DNA of 64,000 bases from a candidate division WOR-1 bacterium RIFOXYB2_FULL_37_13. GTDB lineage: Bacteria; Margulisbacteria; WOR-1; XYC2-FULL-46-14; XYC2-FULL-37-10. The stretch lies in contig MEUB01000027.1 in the NCBI GenBank assembly GCA_001771535.1, positions 20,601 to 84,600 on the forward strand. Direction: 5' to 3'. Position 1 is the stretch's first letter, and the number at the start of each line of letters is the position of its first letter. Both the position numbers and the translations under genes were made by a program. The notes beneath the pieces are model-generated. The model saw only the letters and a list, made by a program, of their open reading frames with translations. It searched no databases and was not told the DNA's origin. Positions 20,153 to 29,219 of this stretch are shown one piece after another.

Positions 20153-21250
20153 TCAAGGCTTATAAAGTTGCCGTTGATCCGGAGTTATAAAATCTTCTTT
20201 TGTAAATACTTCTGAATATGGCACCGGTATTGGTTTGCCATATATTCTTTTTGCTATATATTTATCAATAAAGTTTCTATCTTCAGCAATCCAACATGTA
20301 TCACAATATTGTCCAAACTGTTTAATATTTAAGCCCCGGTCAATAATATCTTTTAAGGGTTCCTCAAAAAAGTTTCCAAGAGAAGTATGAATGTATGGGC
20401 ATGGCATTACATCTCCGTATTTTGTAATTGAAACCATTCTTTTGACAGCAATACAGCCCAACTCAACACCGTAAGAGGGAGTTAAATGTGTAAACACATT
20501 ATGTTTTTTCTCCAATTCTCTCATGTAATCCATATCCGCTCTATCAACCAGACTGCTAAAATTCCCCTCCCAAGCCCCAACTGGCTTTGCATATGATACA
20601 AAAACCCCAACCCCCTTATCATTAAAAAACTTTAAAAATTCAATAAATTCTTGCGATCTGACTCTCTGCTTTGTAACTACAGTTTGTATAATAATCTTTA
20701 ACCCGGCATTCAAGGCCGCATCAACCGCCCTTAACGCCTTTTCATGAGATTTTGCTTTTCGCCTGAACTGATCATGTTCATCAGCTGAAAGACTGTCAAT
20801 ACTAAGTTGGATTTTATCAACTCCTATACTTTTTAAATGTTCTGCTCTCTTTTCATCTAACAACCAACCATTCGTATCAGAAGTTATGTAAAATTTTTGT
20901 GGATCAATAGCATTCACCAACTCATCAAAATCAGGAAAAACCAAAGGTTCTCCACCTGTAATAACAAGGTGTGCAAGCCCCATTTCATCTGCCTGCCGCG
21001 AAAGCTCCTTAACATCATTAATGGTAAAAACCCTGCCATCTTTTCTACCCTGGAACCTTTTTATGCAACAATGTTCACAGACAAAATTACATGTATAATC
21101 ATACTGAAATTGAATTATTGCGATACTTTCCTTGTTTTTAATTTTCTCATCATATTTCAGGATTTTTTCATACACCTGTGGTTTTTCTTTTTTTAGCAAA
21201 AACCTGCCTGCCTCTTCTTGAGAATTCAATTGCCCTTTTTGATTCGACAT
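20153..21250 (-). CDS. Radical SAM enzyme with C-terminal SPASM/twitch-like Cys-rich domain
   Basis: CNFVCEHC (CxxxCxxC) at about residue 55; C-terminal GCIAVKRMVSITKYGDVMPCPY and CDTC motifs. Confidence 0.75.
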   Translation of the reverse strand: MSNQKGQLNSQEEAGRFLLKKEKPQVYEKILKYDEKIKNKESIAIIQFQYDYTCNFVCEHCCIKRFQGRKDGRVFTINDVKELSRQADEMGLAHLVITGGEPLVFPDFDELVNAIDPQKFYITSDTNGWLLDEKRAEHLKSIGVDKIQLSIDSLSADEHDQFRRKAKSHEKALRAVDAALNAGLKIIIQTVVTKQRVRSQEFIEFLKFFNDKGVGVFVSYAKPVGAWEGNFSSLVDRADMDYMRELEKKHNVFTHLTPSYGVELGCIAVKRMVSITKYGDVMPCPYIHTSLGNFFEEPLKDIIDRGLNIKQFGQYCDTCWIAEDRNFIDKYIAKRIYGKPIPVPYSEVFTKEDFITPDQRQLYKP

Positions 21251-21297
21251 AATATTTTCCTCCTAATAATAATTTTATTTTAATCTATTCTTCAACG

Positions 21298-22437
21298 TTA
21301 AACAATCTCTAACCCAAAATCTCTCAATATAGAAACATTAATATTTTTATCAAATTTCTGCCTTACAATTCTTGCCACCTCATCGGAATAACTAGCTGCC
21401 ATAATAATTATTGCATCAACAGGATCAATATTGAGCATGACAGGAGCAACAATAGGGATATGCGTAGCTGAAGTGTATTTCCCCTGTTTAAATGGGGCAG
21501 AATCAACGACATATCTAATTTTATTTGATAAATCTGCCAAAGAAATAATTGCCAAAGCTTGATGGCTAGCCCCCCAAACAGCCACGCTCTTCTGCTTAAA
21601 TTGGCTGATATATCTGTCCATTTCATCTTTAATTTTAGTTTGATGCTGATAAAAAGAAGAAAGATCCATTCTTCTTCCTTTTTTTACAGTGGCAGAAATA
21701 ATAAAATCATGCCAAATCTCACTGCAATCAATAATGTCAAAACCATTCAAATGCAATGTTGTCGTTAATGTTTTTTTTGTAAAATAAAAAATATGATCAG
21801 GAATAAACTCAGAAAAAAGTTTATTGCGTAAAATCATATCAAAATTAGGCACTTCAACTATTCCAATTGCATTAGGTGCCAAATTATTGTAAATTCCTTT
21901 TAATGCGGAATTTGGATCAGGAAAATGCTCAAAAAAGTTTAAAATAAAAAAAGCAGCAAACGGCGCTTGTTTTAATGTATAAGAACCATTGTCAATATAA
22001 CCCTGTTCTACCTTCAGCCCTTGGTTGATGCATTGCGCTACGGATTCGCTCAAATGTTCCAAACCATAAGCCTCTGCTCCACATTGTTGCATAATAGAAA
22101 GATATTCTCCCTTGCCACACCCAATTTCAATTATTTTTTGACCCTTAAGTGAATATTTTTTAAAAAAATCGCTGAATTGTTTTATTCTGAATTTTTCCAT
22201 GTCTTCAGAAAAAGCAGCAGCACGTATAACATCTTTATAATAAGCAACTGGCTCACTGTTTAGCTGTACTAACCTGCATCCCATGCATTCACAAATTTCC
22301 AAATCAATACCTTTTTCAGAGGAAAGTGCTGCTAAATCCGGTAAAAATTGAGCCGATTTAGGCATATTTTTATAATGCAATATAGGTTCTGCAAAAAAAT
22401 CATTCCCGCAGACTCTACAGCATTTGTTTTTTTTCAT
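21298..22437 (-). CDS. SAM-dependent methyltransferase with N-terminal Zn-ribbon, TylC3-like NDP-hexose C-methyltransferase architecture
   Basis: Probable start MKKNKCCRVCGNDF at 22437 (the ORF-track start at 22533 overlaps the upstream gene); central class I MT fold IIEIGCGKGEYL; roughly 100 aa C-terminal domain. Confidence 0.55.
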   Translation of the reverse strand: MKKNKCCRVCGNDFFAEPILHYKNMPKSAQFLPDLAALSSEKGIDLEICECMGCRLVQLNSEPVAYYKDVIRAAAFSEDMEKFRIKQFSDFFKKYSLKGQKIIEIGCGKGEYLSIMQQCGAEAYGLEHLSESVAQCINQGLKVEQGYIDNGSYTLKQAPFAAFFILNFFEHFPDPNSALKGIYNNLAPNAIGIVEVPNFDMILRNKLFSEFIPDHIFYFTKKTLTTTLHLNGFDIIDCSEIWHDFIISATVKKGRRMDLSSFYQHQTKIKDEMDRYISQFKQKSVAVWGASHQALAIISLADLSNKIRYVVDSAPFKQGKYTSATHIPIVAPVMLNIDPVDAIIIMAASYSDEVARIVRQKFDKNINVSILRDFGLEIV

Positions 22438-22438
22438 A

Positions 22439-22948
22439 TTAAATAAATTCCCTATACATTTCATTGTGAGCAGAAATAATGTTGCAAGGACAATTGCTGT
22501 GCCATAACCACTGGTTTGCATGAGGAGCCTCACTATTATATTTCAAGCTTTCATCAAGCTTATCAATTAAACGACATTGATATAAGAACGAAATAAAATG
22601 ACCCCTGACTTGCCTATCTTTTATAAGACACTCTTTTGTTGCCAAAGGAACAGGATTATAATCTACTAAAGCCCTAAGCTCATTTTTGGCTACTGCTTTT
22701 ATTCTATCAGCCAGAGTTTCCTTATATCGGATTATACCGCCAGGCAAATGCCATCCGGCAGAAGCAAATCCGTCATCACGCCAGGTTAAAAGTGTTCTAT
22801 TCTGCTCGTCTTTTATCAACAAATCTACATTAACAAGAGGTGTGATTTTACTTATAAAAAGAAATATTTCTTCAGGCAACCCTTTTGATGGGTTTCCAAT
22901 AAAAGATGACAAGAGTTCTATTGCCTGCGTAATTTCCATTGATTTCAT
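22439..22948 (-). CDS. NUDIX hydrolase (GDP-mannose mannosyl hydrolase / WcaH-like)
   Basis: WHLPGGIIRYKETLADRIKAVAKNELRA resembles a Nudix box; 169 aa. Confidence 0.5.
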   Translation of the reverse strand: MKSMEITQAIELLSSFIGNPSKGLPEEIFLFISKITPLVNVDLLIKDEQNRTLLTWRDDGFASAGWHLPGGIIRYKETLADRIKAVAKNELRALVDYNPVPLATKECLIKDRQVRGHFISFLYQCRLIDKLDESLKYNSEAPHANQWLWHSNCPCNIISAHNEMYREFI

Positions 22949-23817
22949 ATTAGTTCACTTTTTTCAATAACATGCTGATTTGCGCTATACCATTGATATA
23001 AAGAATTTATCGATTCGTCGATAGGACTGAATTTAAAATCTTTCAATTCAGCCATAAGCCGCGAATTATCTCCACTATATTCTCTAGTAGTTTCGGATTT
23101 AATTATTATCTTTAGTTTTTTCCCGGATATCCCGACAACTTTTTCAGCCAGAGTTTTAAAATCAAGAGCCTGCCCTGAACAAACGTTATAAGCCTGTTCA
23201 CGCATCTTATTTTCAATAAACCATTTAACAATTCTCGCCAAATCATCTATATATAAAAAATCATAAACAACATTCTGATTAATAATAATTGGAAGATCCA
23301 TAATTGCACAGCAACAGGCTTTGGAAATAAAACGATACCGCCAATCTTCATATTTGCCAAATACTGAAAATACTCTAAGATTGTATATGTTACTGTTTAA
23401 CTGCGCGTATTTGTTCATTAAATATTTTGAAAATCCATATTGGTCGGAAGGAACATATTTATCAAAATACTCTTCTTTCATTCTAGGAATCCATTTTTCA
23501 CGCCCAAACTCCGCCCCCGAACCAAAATAAATCATTTTGCCAAAAAAGTCTTTGCAACGCGCTAGGTTAAAAAACATTCTAAGATTGTTTTCCAAAACCT
23601 TGGCTGGATCTTTGGTTGAATATTTTGGCGCAGGGTCATACGTGGATGAATGGAGAACAATATCAAATTGGTTTTTCTTAATATATTCAAAAACATTTAA
23701 ATAATCCAAAAGGTCAAGCTCATTACTGCTGCAAGAGATAATTGTATAATCATCCTTTAATTGCTCAAATAGATTTCTTGCAATAAACCCATTACCGCCG
23801 GTTATCAATATTTTCAC
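22945..23817 (-). CDS. NAD-dependent epimerase/dehydratase/reductase (SDR)
   Basis: MKILITGGNGFIARNLFEQL Rossmann motif. Confidence 0.75.
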   Translation of the reverse strand: MKILITGGNGFIARNLFEQLKDDYTIISCSSNELDLLDYLNVFEYIKKNQFDIVLHSSTYDPAPKYSTKDPAKVLENNLRMFFNLARCKDFFGKMIYFGSGAEFGREKWIPRMKEEYFDKYVPSDQYGFSKYLMNKYAQLNSNIYNLRVFSVFGKYEDWRYRFISKACCCAIMDLPIIINQNVVYDFLYIDDLARIVKWFIENKMREQAYNVCSGQALDFKTLAEKVVGISGKKLKIIIKSETTREYSGDNSRLMAELKDFKFSPIDESINSLYQWYSANQHVIEKSELI

Positions 23818-23838
23818 AATATCATTTCCTTTTGATAT

Positions 23839-24900
23839 TCATCCTTTTAAATATTCACCCGCTAAGTGCATATCACACTCTTTTGTACACTTAATCCCTT
23901 TTGCCAAATCATAGTGATTTTTTCTGAATTCATTATATTTTTCTCCGTTCCAGATATCATATAAACTATTTTCTTTCGCATTGCCTAAAATTATTTCATT
24001 ATTATAATCTTCCATACACATAACAACATCAGCATTGGATTTTATAGTCATTGACATCCATGGGTGCTTGCAAATTTCAGACCAATGGACAGAATTTGTG
24101 CCATGAAAATCCTTTCGATACCATTGTTGATCCTCACTCTTCAAATAAACATAAACATCTAAACCACAAAAAGCATCTTTAAGTTTTTGATATTCTTCTT
24201 TCTGCCAAGAATTATTTAAATCGAGCATTGTAATAATAATAGTTGTTTTATAGCCTTTTTGCTTTTTTATATTAATTAATTGCAAAATTTTATTATAACT
24301 ATCTGTAAAATTTGAGGCTTCACCCCTAATTTCTTTATGCTTTTCATCATCAACACTCTCGATTGAATATTTTATATAACTTAAGCCATTTTCAAACATC
24401 TTAATAGTGTTTTCAATATTGATGTTGGCAGGATTACAACTAAAATAGGAATAAAACCCCTTTTCAGTAAGCAACTTTACATATTCTCCCATATTCTTAT
24501 CTAATAAAGGATCTCCATATCCATGAAGTTGGATAACTTTCGGTATTATGTACAAAAAGAAATTGTTTTCGCTTTGTTCATCTTTCTCGATATTGTAGTT
24601 TTCTTTTACAAATCTCTCCCAATCTGACCATTCTTCTTTGGACCATGGACGCAATTGATTCAATATATTTATAAACACTTCCCTATTGATAGTTTCAATT
24701 TTTCTCGTCATTCTGGTTGTTCGAGGGCACATTTTGCATTTCATATTGCAAGCATTCGTTGTTTCAATGTTATAAACAACAGGATCCTTACTTCGGAATT
24801 GCTCAAATTGATCAATGATGTAATTTTTATCGAATTTTTCCCCATTCAACATTTCCTTGGAAAATTTATAAGCTTTCATAAAAAAATTAATATCAAACAT
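23839..24900 (-). CDS. Radical SAM enzyme (second copy) with C-terminal Cys-rich SPASM-like region
   Basis: CNMKCKMC (CxxxCxxC); C-terminal ICKHPW...VVMCMEDY...KCTKECD. Confidence 0.7.
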   Translation of the reverse strand: MFDINFFMKAYKFSKEMLNGEKFDKNYIIDQFEQFRSKDPVVYNIETTNACNMKCKMCPRTTRMTRKIETINREVFINILNQLRPWSKEEWSDWERFVKENYNIEKDEQSENNFFLYIIPKVIQLHGYGDPLLDKNMGEYVKLLTEKGFYSYFSCNPANINIENTIKMFENGLSYIKYSIESVDDEKHKEIRGEASNFTDSYNKILQLINIKKQKGYKTTIIITMLDLNNSWQKEEYQKLKDAFCGLDVYVYLKSEDQQWYRKDFHGTNSVHWSEICKHPWMSMTIKSNADVVMCMEDYNNEIILGNAKENSLYDIWNGEKYNEFRKNHYDLAKGIKCTKECDMHLAGEYLKG

Positions 24901-24936
24901 TTTTTACCTCCAATAATTTCGATTTATTGTATTTTC

Positions 24937-25914
24937 TTAGCACGATTTGTCTACCTTAAATGAAAGCGTCTGTAATGCAATTTCAAGCGCATTTATCCCA
25001 TCATCAAGCGTACAAATCGGCTCGGTTTCACGGCGAATCACAGATAAGAAATGGCGCATTTCATCAATAAACAATGAATTCCTTTCGAAATATTTTGGCG
25101 CTTCAATAAATTCCCAAGCAGAATGATTCGGTCTATAAATTGATAACTGGCCATCTGCATTATTCCAACGGATTGTGCCATTTGTTCCAATAACTTCCAA
25201 GTGGTGAGTTGTTGGCCTTTGTATATAATCAAGATGCACAGATCCAAATGCTCCATTAGGAAATTTCAAGTATACATCCGCAACATCTTCAACATTGATA
25301 CCTAGATCTCCTACTGTATCTGTATGCGCCCACATGAATTCAGGTTTTCCAAATAACCAGCTTAAATAATCAAATGGATGGCAAAGGGTTAAAACAACTC
25401 CACCGCCCAAGTCTGGACGAGCTGCATAACTGTTCCGAAAATCTTCCCATGGATGCCAGTCAGGCAAATATTCTCCCCAATGAACATTAATAGAAACTAT
25501 TCTACCAATTTCTCCTTGGGAAATCATATTAGAAGCAATCTTAAGTGTAGGATGAAATCGATACTGAAAGCCAACTAAAAATTGTCCTCCACCATGCTTC
25601 AAGGCTGCTTTTAATTTATCTATCCCTGCTAATGAATCAGAAATAGGCTTTTCGATTAAAATATGGCAACCAGCTTCTGCAGCCGGAATTGCAATATCAA
25701 AATGTAATGAAGTCGGATTTGATATTATTACAGCATCTGGTTCATGCTTTAAAGCCGAATAAATATTAGTTTCAATTGGAAATTCTTTGAATTCATCATC
25801 AATTGGAGAGGCAACCTTATTACGGCATAAAACAATATCTTTTTCTCCAAGAGAAATTAAATTCTTCAAATGCCTGCGCCCAATAGATCCAAGCCCAACA
25901 ACAACAAATTTCAT
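24937..25914 (-). CDS. Gfo/Idh/MocA family NAD(P)-dependent oxidoreductase
   Basis: MKFVVVGLGSIGRRHLKNL N-terminal Rossmann motif; EKPIS motif. Confidence 0.8.
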   Translation of the reverse strand: MKFVVVGLGSIGRRHLKNLISLGEKDIVLCRNKVASPIDDEFKEFPIETNIYSALKHEPDAVIISNPTSLHFDIAIPAAEAGCHILIEKPISDSLAGIDKLKAALKHGGGQFLVGFQYRFHPTLKIASNMISQGEIGRIVSINVHWGEYLPDWHPWEDFRNSYAARPDLGGGVVLTLCHPFDYLSWLFGKPEFMWAHTDTVGDLGINVEDVADVYLKFPNGAFGSVHLDYIQRPTTHHLEVIGTNGTIRWNNADGQLSIYRPNHSAWEFIEAPKYFERNSLFIDEMRHFLSVIRRETEPICTLDDGINALEIALQTLSFKVDKSC

Positions 25915-25941
25915 TTTATATTTTTTCCTTATTTAAAAACC

Positions 25942-27747
25942 CTATTCTTCAAGCGGAGGAATAATCATATTTTCAAGAAATTCCTTTCTATCCAAAAAAG
26001 GCCATAAATCTTCTAATGGTTTTGAAACCATTGTTCCATCCTGTTTTTGAATAGTACTCATGCTGGGAGCCCTTGGTTCATCTGGAGGAGTAAGAATTTC
26101 GCAAACTACGGTTCCCGCCATATTCAAAACTTCCCGAAGTTTGTCAGCCAGCTTTTCTTGGCTGGTTATTTTTTTGATTTTAAGTCCATATGCTTGCGCA
26201 ACTTTACAAATATCCGGAAGTTCAAGCCCGCTGGTAGAATCAGCCCCTGTCAACCTATTAAAATATCTCATTTGTGAAGTGCGTATAGATGAATATCCCT
26301 GATTATTTAATACAAATATTTTTATTGGCAAGTTAAGTCTGGCTAAAGTTTCAAACTCTTGAATATTAAATTGAATGCCACCATCACCATCTACACAAAT
26401 AGTCCGTTTTTTATCACTTGCAAGACATCCTCCAATACTGGCCGGTAACCCATTCCCCATCGAACCTAATGCTGTTGTATTCAAAACTCTTTGACCCTTT
26501 TTTGCTTTAAAAGCAAGTAAAAATATCTCAATACCAGCACCAGAACTGCAGGGGATCACAATATCATCGCTATTTAGCTCATCTGAAAGAACCTCAGTAA
26601 AAACATATGTACTGACAAGTTTCTCTTCTCTATATTCTAGCAATACAACCGGATATTTCTTCTTCCATTCTTTACATCTAATAAGCCAATTTGAACGGTT
26701 CTTTGGCAGAATGCTATTTAGCTGTTTTATCATTTCTTGAATAAATATTTTAACATCAGAACAAATTGGAACATCTATTTTAGTCTGCATTTTATTAATT
26801 TCTGCCGGATCTATGTCTATCATGATTTTTTTGGCTGCTCGCGCAAATTTTTCATGGGAATACCCCGTTACAACGGTATCCAACCTGGCGCCAATGCTAA
26901 TTAAACAATCTGAATTTTGAAGGGCGAAGTTTGCGCCGCGTGGAGCTACAGGGCCTGGCCGGCCAACCAATAAATCATATGAATCTGATAAAATATCAAG
27001 GGCAGGCCATGTTAACAATACTGGTATTTTTAATTGCTCAATCAAAAAAAGTGCATCCTTTATTGCCCCTGATAAGCGCGTTCCATTCCCTAACAATAGT
27101 ATAGGCCTTTCAGACTTATTTAATAATTCAATTGTTTTTGAAACTAGATCAGATATATTATTTCCCTGCGATTGGTTGATAATATTTTTTTCATCAAAGC
27201 CTTCTAGTTGATCAATATCAATTATTGAAGCTTGAACATCTAAAGGGATATCAATCCATACAGGCCCTGGCCTGCCTGATTTTGTCAGATAAACCGCTTT
27301 TTCTAAATGAAAGCGGATGCTACTAGGATCCATAATAGTAACAGAATATTTGGTAATAGATTTTACAATCGGAACAATATTAACTTCTTGTACGCCGTTT
27401 TGCCTTACACCCAAATTGCCAATAAGATCAGACCTTTTAACCTGTCCTGAAATAAACATACACGGGGTAGAATCCAACCATGCCCCTGCTACTCCGGTAA
27501 TAGCATTGGTTCCCCCAGGACCAGTTGTTACTAATGCTACGCCCATGTTATTTTTTGCAATTCTTGCATAAGTTTCTGCTGCCATTGCGCTAGCCTGTTC
27601 ATGTTGATTGCAAACAAATTCAATATTTTTATTGTGGCCAATAGAATCATTCAAGTGCATAGCACCCCCACCCGGAACCATAAACACATGCTTAACTCCC
27701 TGGTCAACTAAAAATTTAACAACATAATCAGATAATTTGATTTTCAT
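25942..27747 (-). CDS. TPP-dependent enzyme of the acetolactate-synthase large-subunit family (YerE-like branched-sugar C-C ligase candidate)
   Basis: 601 aa; N-terminal pyrimidine-binding domain with VFMVPGGGAMHLND; C-terminal TPP-binding GSMGNGLPASIGG...DGDGGIQFNIQE. Confidence 0.8.
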   Translation of the reverse strand: MKIKLSDYVVKFLVDQGVKHVFMVPGGGAMHLNDSIGHNKNIEFVCNQHEQASAMAAETYARIAKNNMGVALVTTGPGGTNAITGVAGAWLDSTPCMFISGQVKRSDLIGNLGVRQNGVQEVNIVPIVKSITKYSVTIMDPSSIRFHLEKAVYLTKSGRPGPVWIDIPLDVQASIIDIDQLEGFDEKNIINQSQGNNISDLVSKTIELLNKSERPILLLGNGTRLSGAIKDALFLIEQLKIPVLLTWPALDILSDSYDLLVGRPGPVAPRGANFALQNSDCLISIGARLDTVVTGYSHEKFARAAKKIMIDIDPAEINKMQTKIDVPICSDVKIFIQEMIKQLNSILPKNRSNWLIRCKEWKKKYPVVLLEYREEKLVSTYVFTEVLSDELNSDDIVIPCSSGAGIEIFLLAFKAKKGQRVLNTTALGSMGNGLPASIGGCLASDKKRTICVDGDGGIQFNIQEFETLARLNLPIKIFVLNNQGYSSIRTSQMRYFNRLTGADSTSGLELPDICKVAQAYGLKIKKITSQEKLADKLREVLNMAGTVVCEILTPPDEPRAPSMSTIQKQDGTMVSKPLEDLWPFLDRKEFLENMIIPPLEE

Positions 27748-28304
27748 TAAACACCTATAGTTATAGTTTCTTTTGCTTTCATTTTTTGTTCCAATAGCAT
27801 ATCTAAGAATTCACGAACAGCCCCATCTCCACCCCTATGTCGAGTTATAAAGTCAACACTTTTTAAAACTGAGGGATGCGCATTAGGAGGGGCAACTGAC
27901 AAGCCAACAATTTTCATTGCAGGCAAATCATTGACGTCATCACCAATAAAGCATATTTCCGATAAATCAAAGTTATTCCTTTTGGCAAATTCAATAATCG
28001 ATTTTGCCTTATCTTTACAGCCTTTATATATTTCTTCAATCTTAAGTTTTTGTGCATATCTCTCCACAATTGCCATGCCTGAGACACTGCTTTCACCCGA
28101 CATTAGAGCAATTTTTATGCCTGCTTTTTGGGCAAAAGGAATCCCTGTTATATCTGCAAAACAAAAACGTTTTAGTTCAACATTATTTGAGTCCCACCAA
28201 AATGTTCCATCTGTCAAAACACCATCAACATCCATAACAACCGCTTTTATTTGATCAATTTTTATATTTTCAAGCATTTTATATCCCCCAAAGCTATCAG
28301 ACAT
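27747..28304 (-). CDS. HAD-IIIA phosphatase, KdsC family (3-deoxy-ulosonate-phosphate phosphatase-like)
   Basis: VVMDVDGVLTDG (HAD motif I) and FIGDDVNDLPAM (motif IV); 185 aa. Confidence 0.75.
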   Translation of the reverse strand: MSDSFGGYKMLENIKIDQIKAVVMDVDGVLTDGTFWWDSNNVELKRFCFADITGIPFAQKAGIKIALMSGESSVSGMAIVERYAQKLKIEEIYKGCKDKAKSIIEFAKRNNFDLSEICFIGDDVNDLPAMKIVGLSVAPPNAHPSVLKSVDFITRHRGGDGAVREFLDMLLEQKMKAKETITIGV

Positions 28305-29166
28305 TTCTAAGTCTTTTTATAATGGCTTCTTCCTTTGGTACAATCCTTTTTATGCCATCTCCCATAGACTTTTCAACCAATCGAATATCTCTCATTAAAC
28401 GATTTAATCCGTTTGGTTCCAAAGATGCCGCATGGTCAGATCCCCACATGGCTCTATCAAGAGTAATATGGCGCTCTATAACACAAGCTCCCATAACAGA
28501 AGCCGCCACAGATGTAGCCAGCCCTGTTTCATGCCCTGAATACCCAACAGGAACTTGATATCTATCTTTTAAAAAAGGTATTACCCTAAGATTCAAGTCT
28601 TCATAGCTTGCAGGATAAGCACTGCAACAATGGAGCAAGATTAAATCATTCTTCTGCAATATATCGACAGCATGATCAAGTTGTTCTAATGAAGACATGC
28701 CAGTTGATAGGATTATAGATCTTCCTTGTTTTCTTACATGTTTCAACAAAGCATCATCGGTTAATTTGGCAGCAGGAATTTTGTAACATGGGATATTGTA
28801 TTTCTCAAGAAAATCAACTGAATCCATATCCCAGGCAGATGCAAACCATGTTATCCCTATCTCTTTGCAAAATCTCTCAATTTCATCATATTCATTCTTT
28901 TCAAATTCAACCCTTTTGCGATATTCAAAATATGTCATATTGCCCCATGGGGTTTCACGAACAATATCTCGCTGACTAACTGGAACACATAATTCTGGAT
29001 TGCGTTTCTGGAATTTTACAGCATTACATCCTGATGCAGCCGCAACAGTGATTAATTTTTTTGCAATATTCACATCCCCGTTATGATTTATGCCAATTTC
29101 TGAAATAAAATAAGCAGGCTGTCCATCTCCAACTTTTGTATTTCTAATATTTACCGTATTATCCAT
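28297..29166 (-). CDS. NeuB-family PEP-dependent sugar synthase (N-acetylneuraminate / ulosonic acid synthase-like), TIM-barrel only; no SAF/antifreeze C-terminal domain
   Basis: YFISEIGINHNGDVNIAKKLITVAAASGCNAVKFQKR matches the NeuB N-terminal signature; 289 aa versus about 340 aa for canonical NeuB/PseI. Confidence 0.7.
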   Translation of the reverse strand: MDNTVNIRNTKVGDGQPAYFISEIGINHNGDVNIAKKLITVAAASGCNAVKFQKRNPELCVPVSQRDIVRETPWGNMTYFEYRKRVEFEKNEYDEIERFCKEIGITWFASAWDMDSVDFLEKYNIPCYKIPAAKLTDDALLKHVRKQGRSIILSTGMSSLEQLDHAVDILQKNDLILLHCCSAYPASYEDLNLRVIPFLKDRYQVPVGYSGHETGLATSVAASVMGACVIERHITLDRAMWGSDHAASLEPNGLNRLMRDIRLVEKSMGDGIKRIVPKEEAIIKRLRNV

Positions 29167-29219
29167 TTTTTTCTCCTTTTAAATTTTTACTGATGATTTG
29201 GTAAAATAATTTATTGTTT

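Noticed and set aside
21408-21626. Short minus-strand ORFs nested in alternative frames of larger genes (also 25038–25256, 27914–28096, 29399–29608, 32571–32771, 33776–33964, 34682–35050, 36667–36972, 62087–62275)
   Set aside because: They are fully contained in strongly supported genes in another frame and have no independent evidence.
21298-22533. ORF-track N-terminal extensions that overlap upstream genes by 40–95 bp (methyltransferase 21298–22533; also 29220–30344, 49942–50712, 51903–53495)
   Set aside because: Internal Met codons lie 1–4 bp from the upstream stop and match the conserved N-termini of the families (for example MKKNKCCRVCG, MINKNFWKDKRVF). I took the shorter starts.
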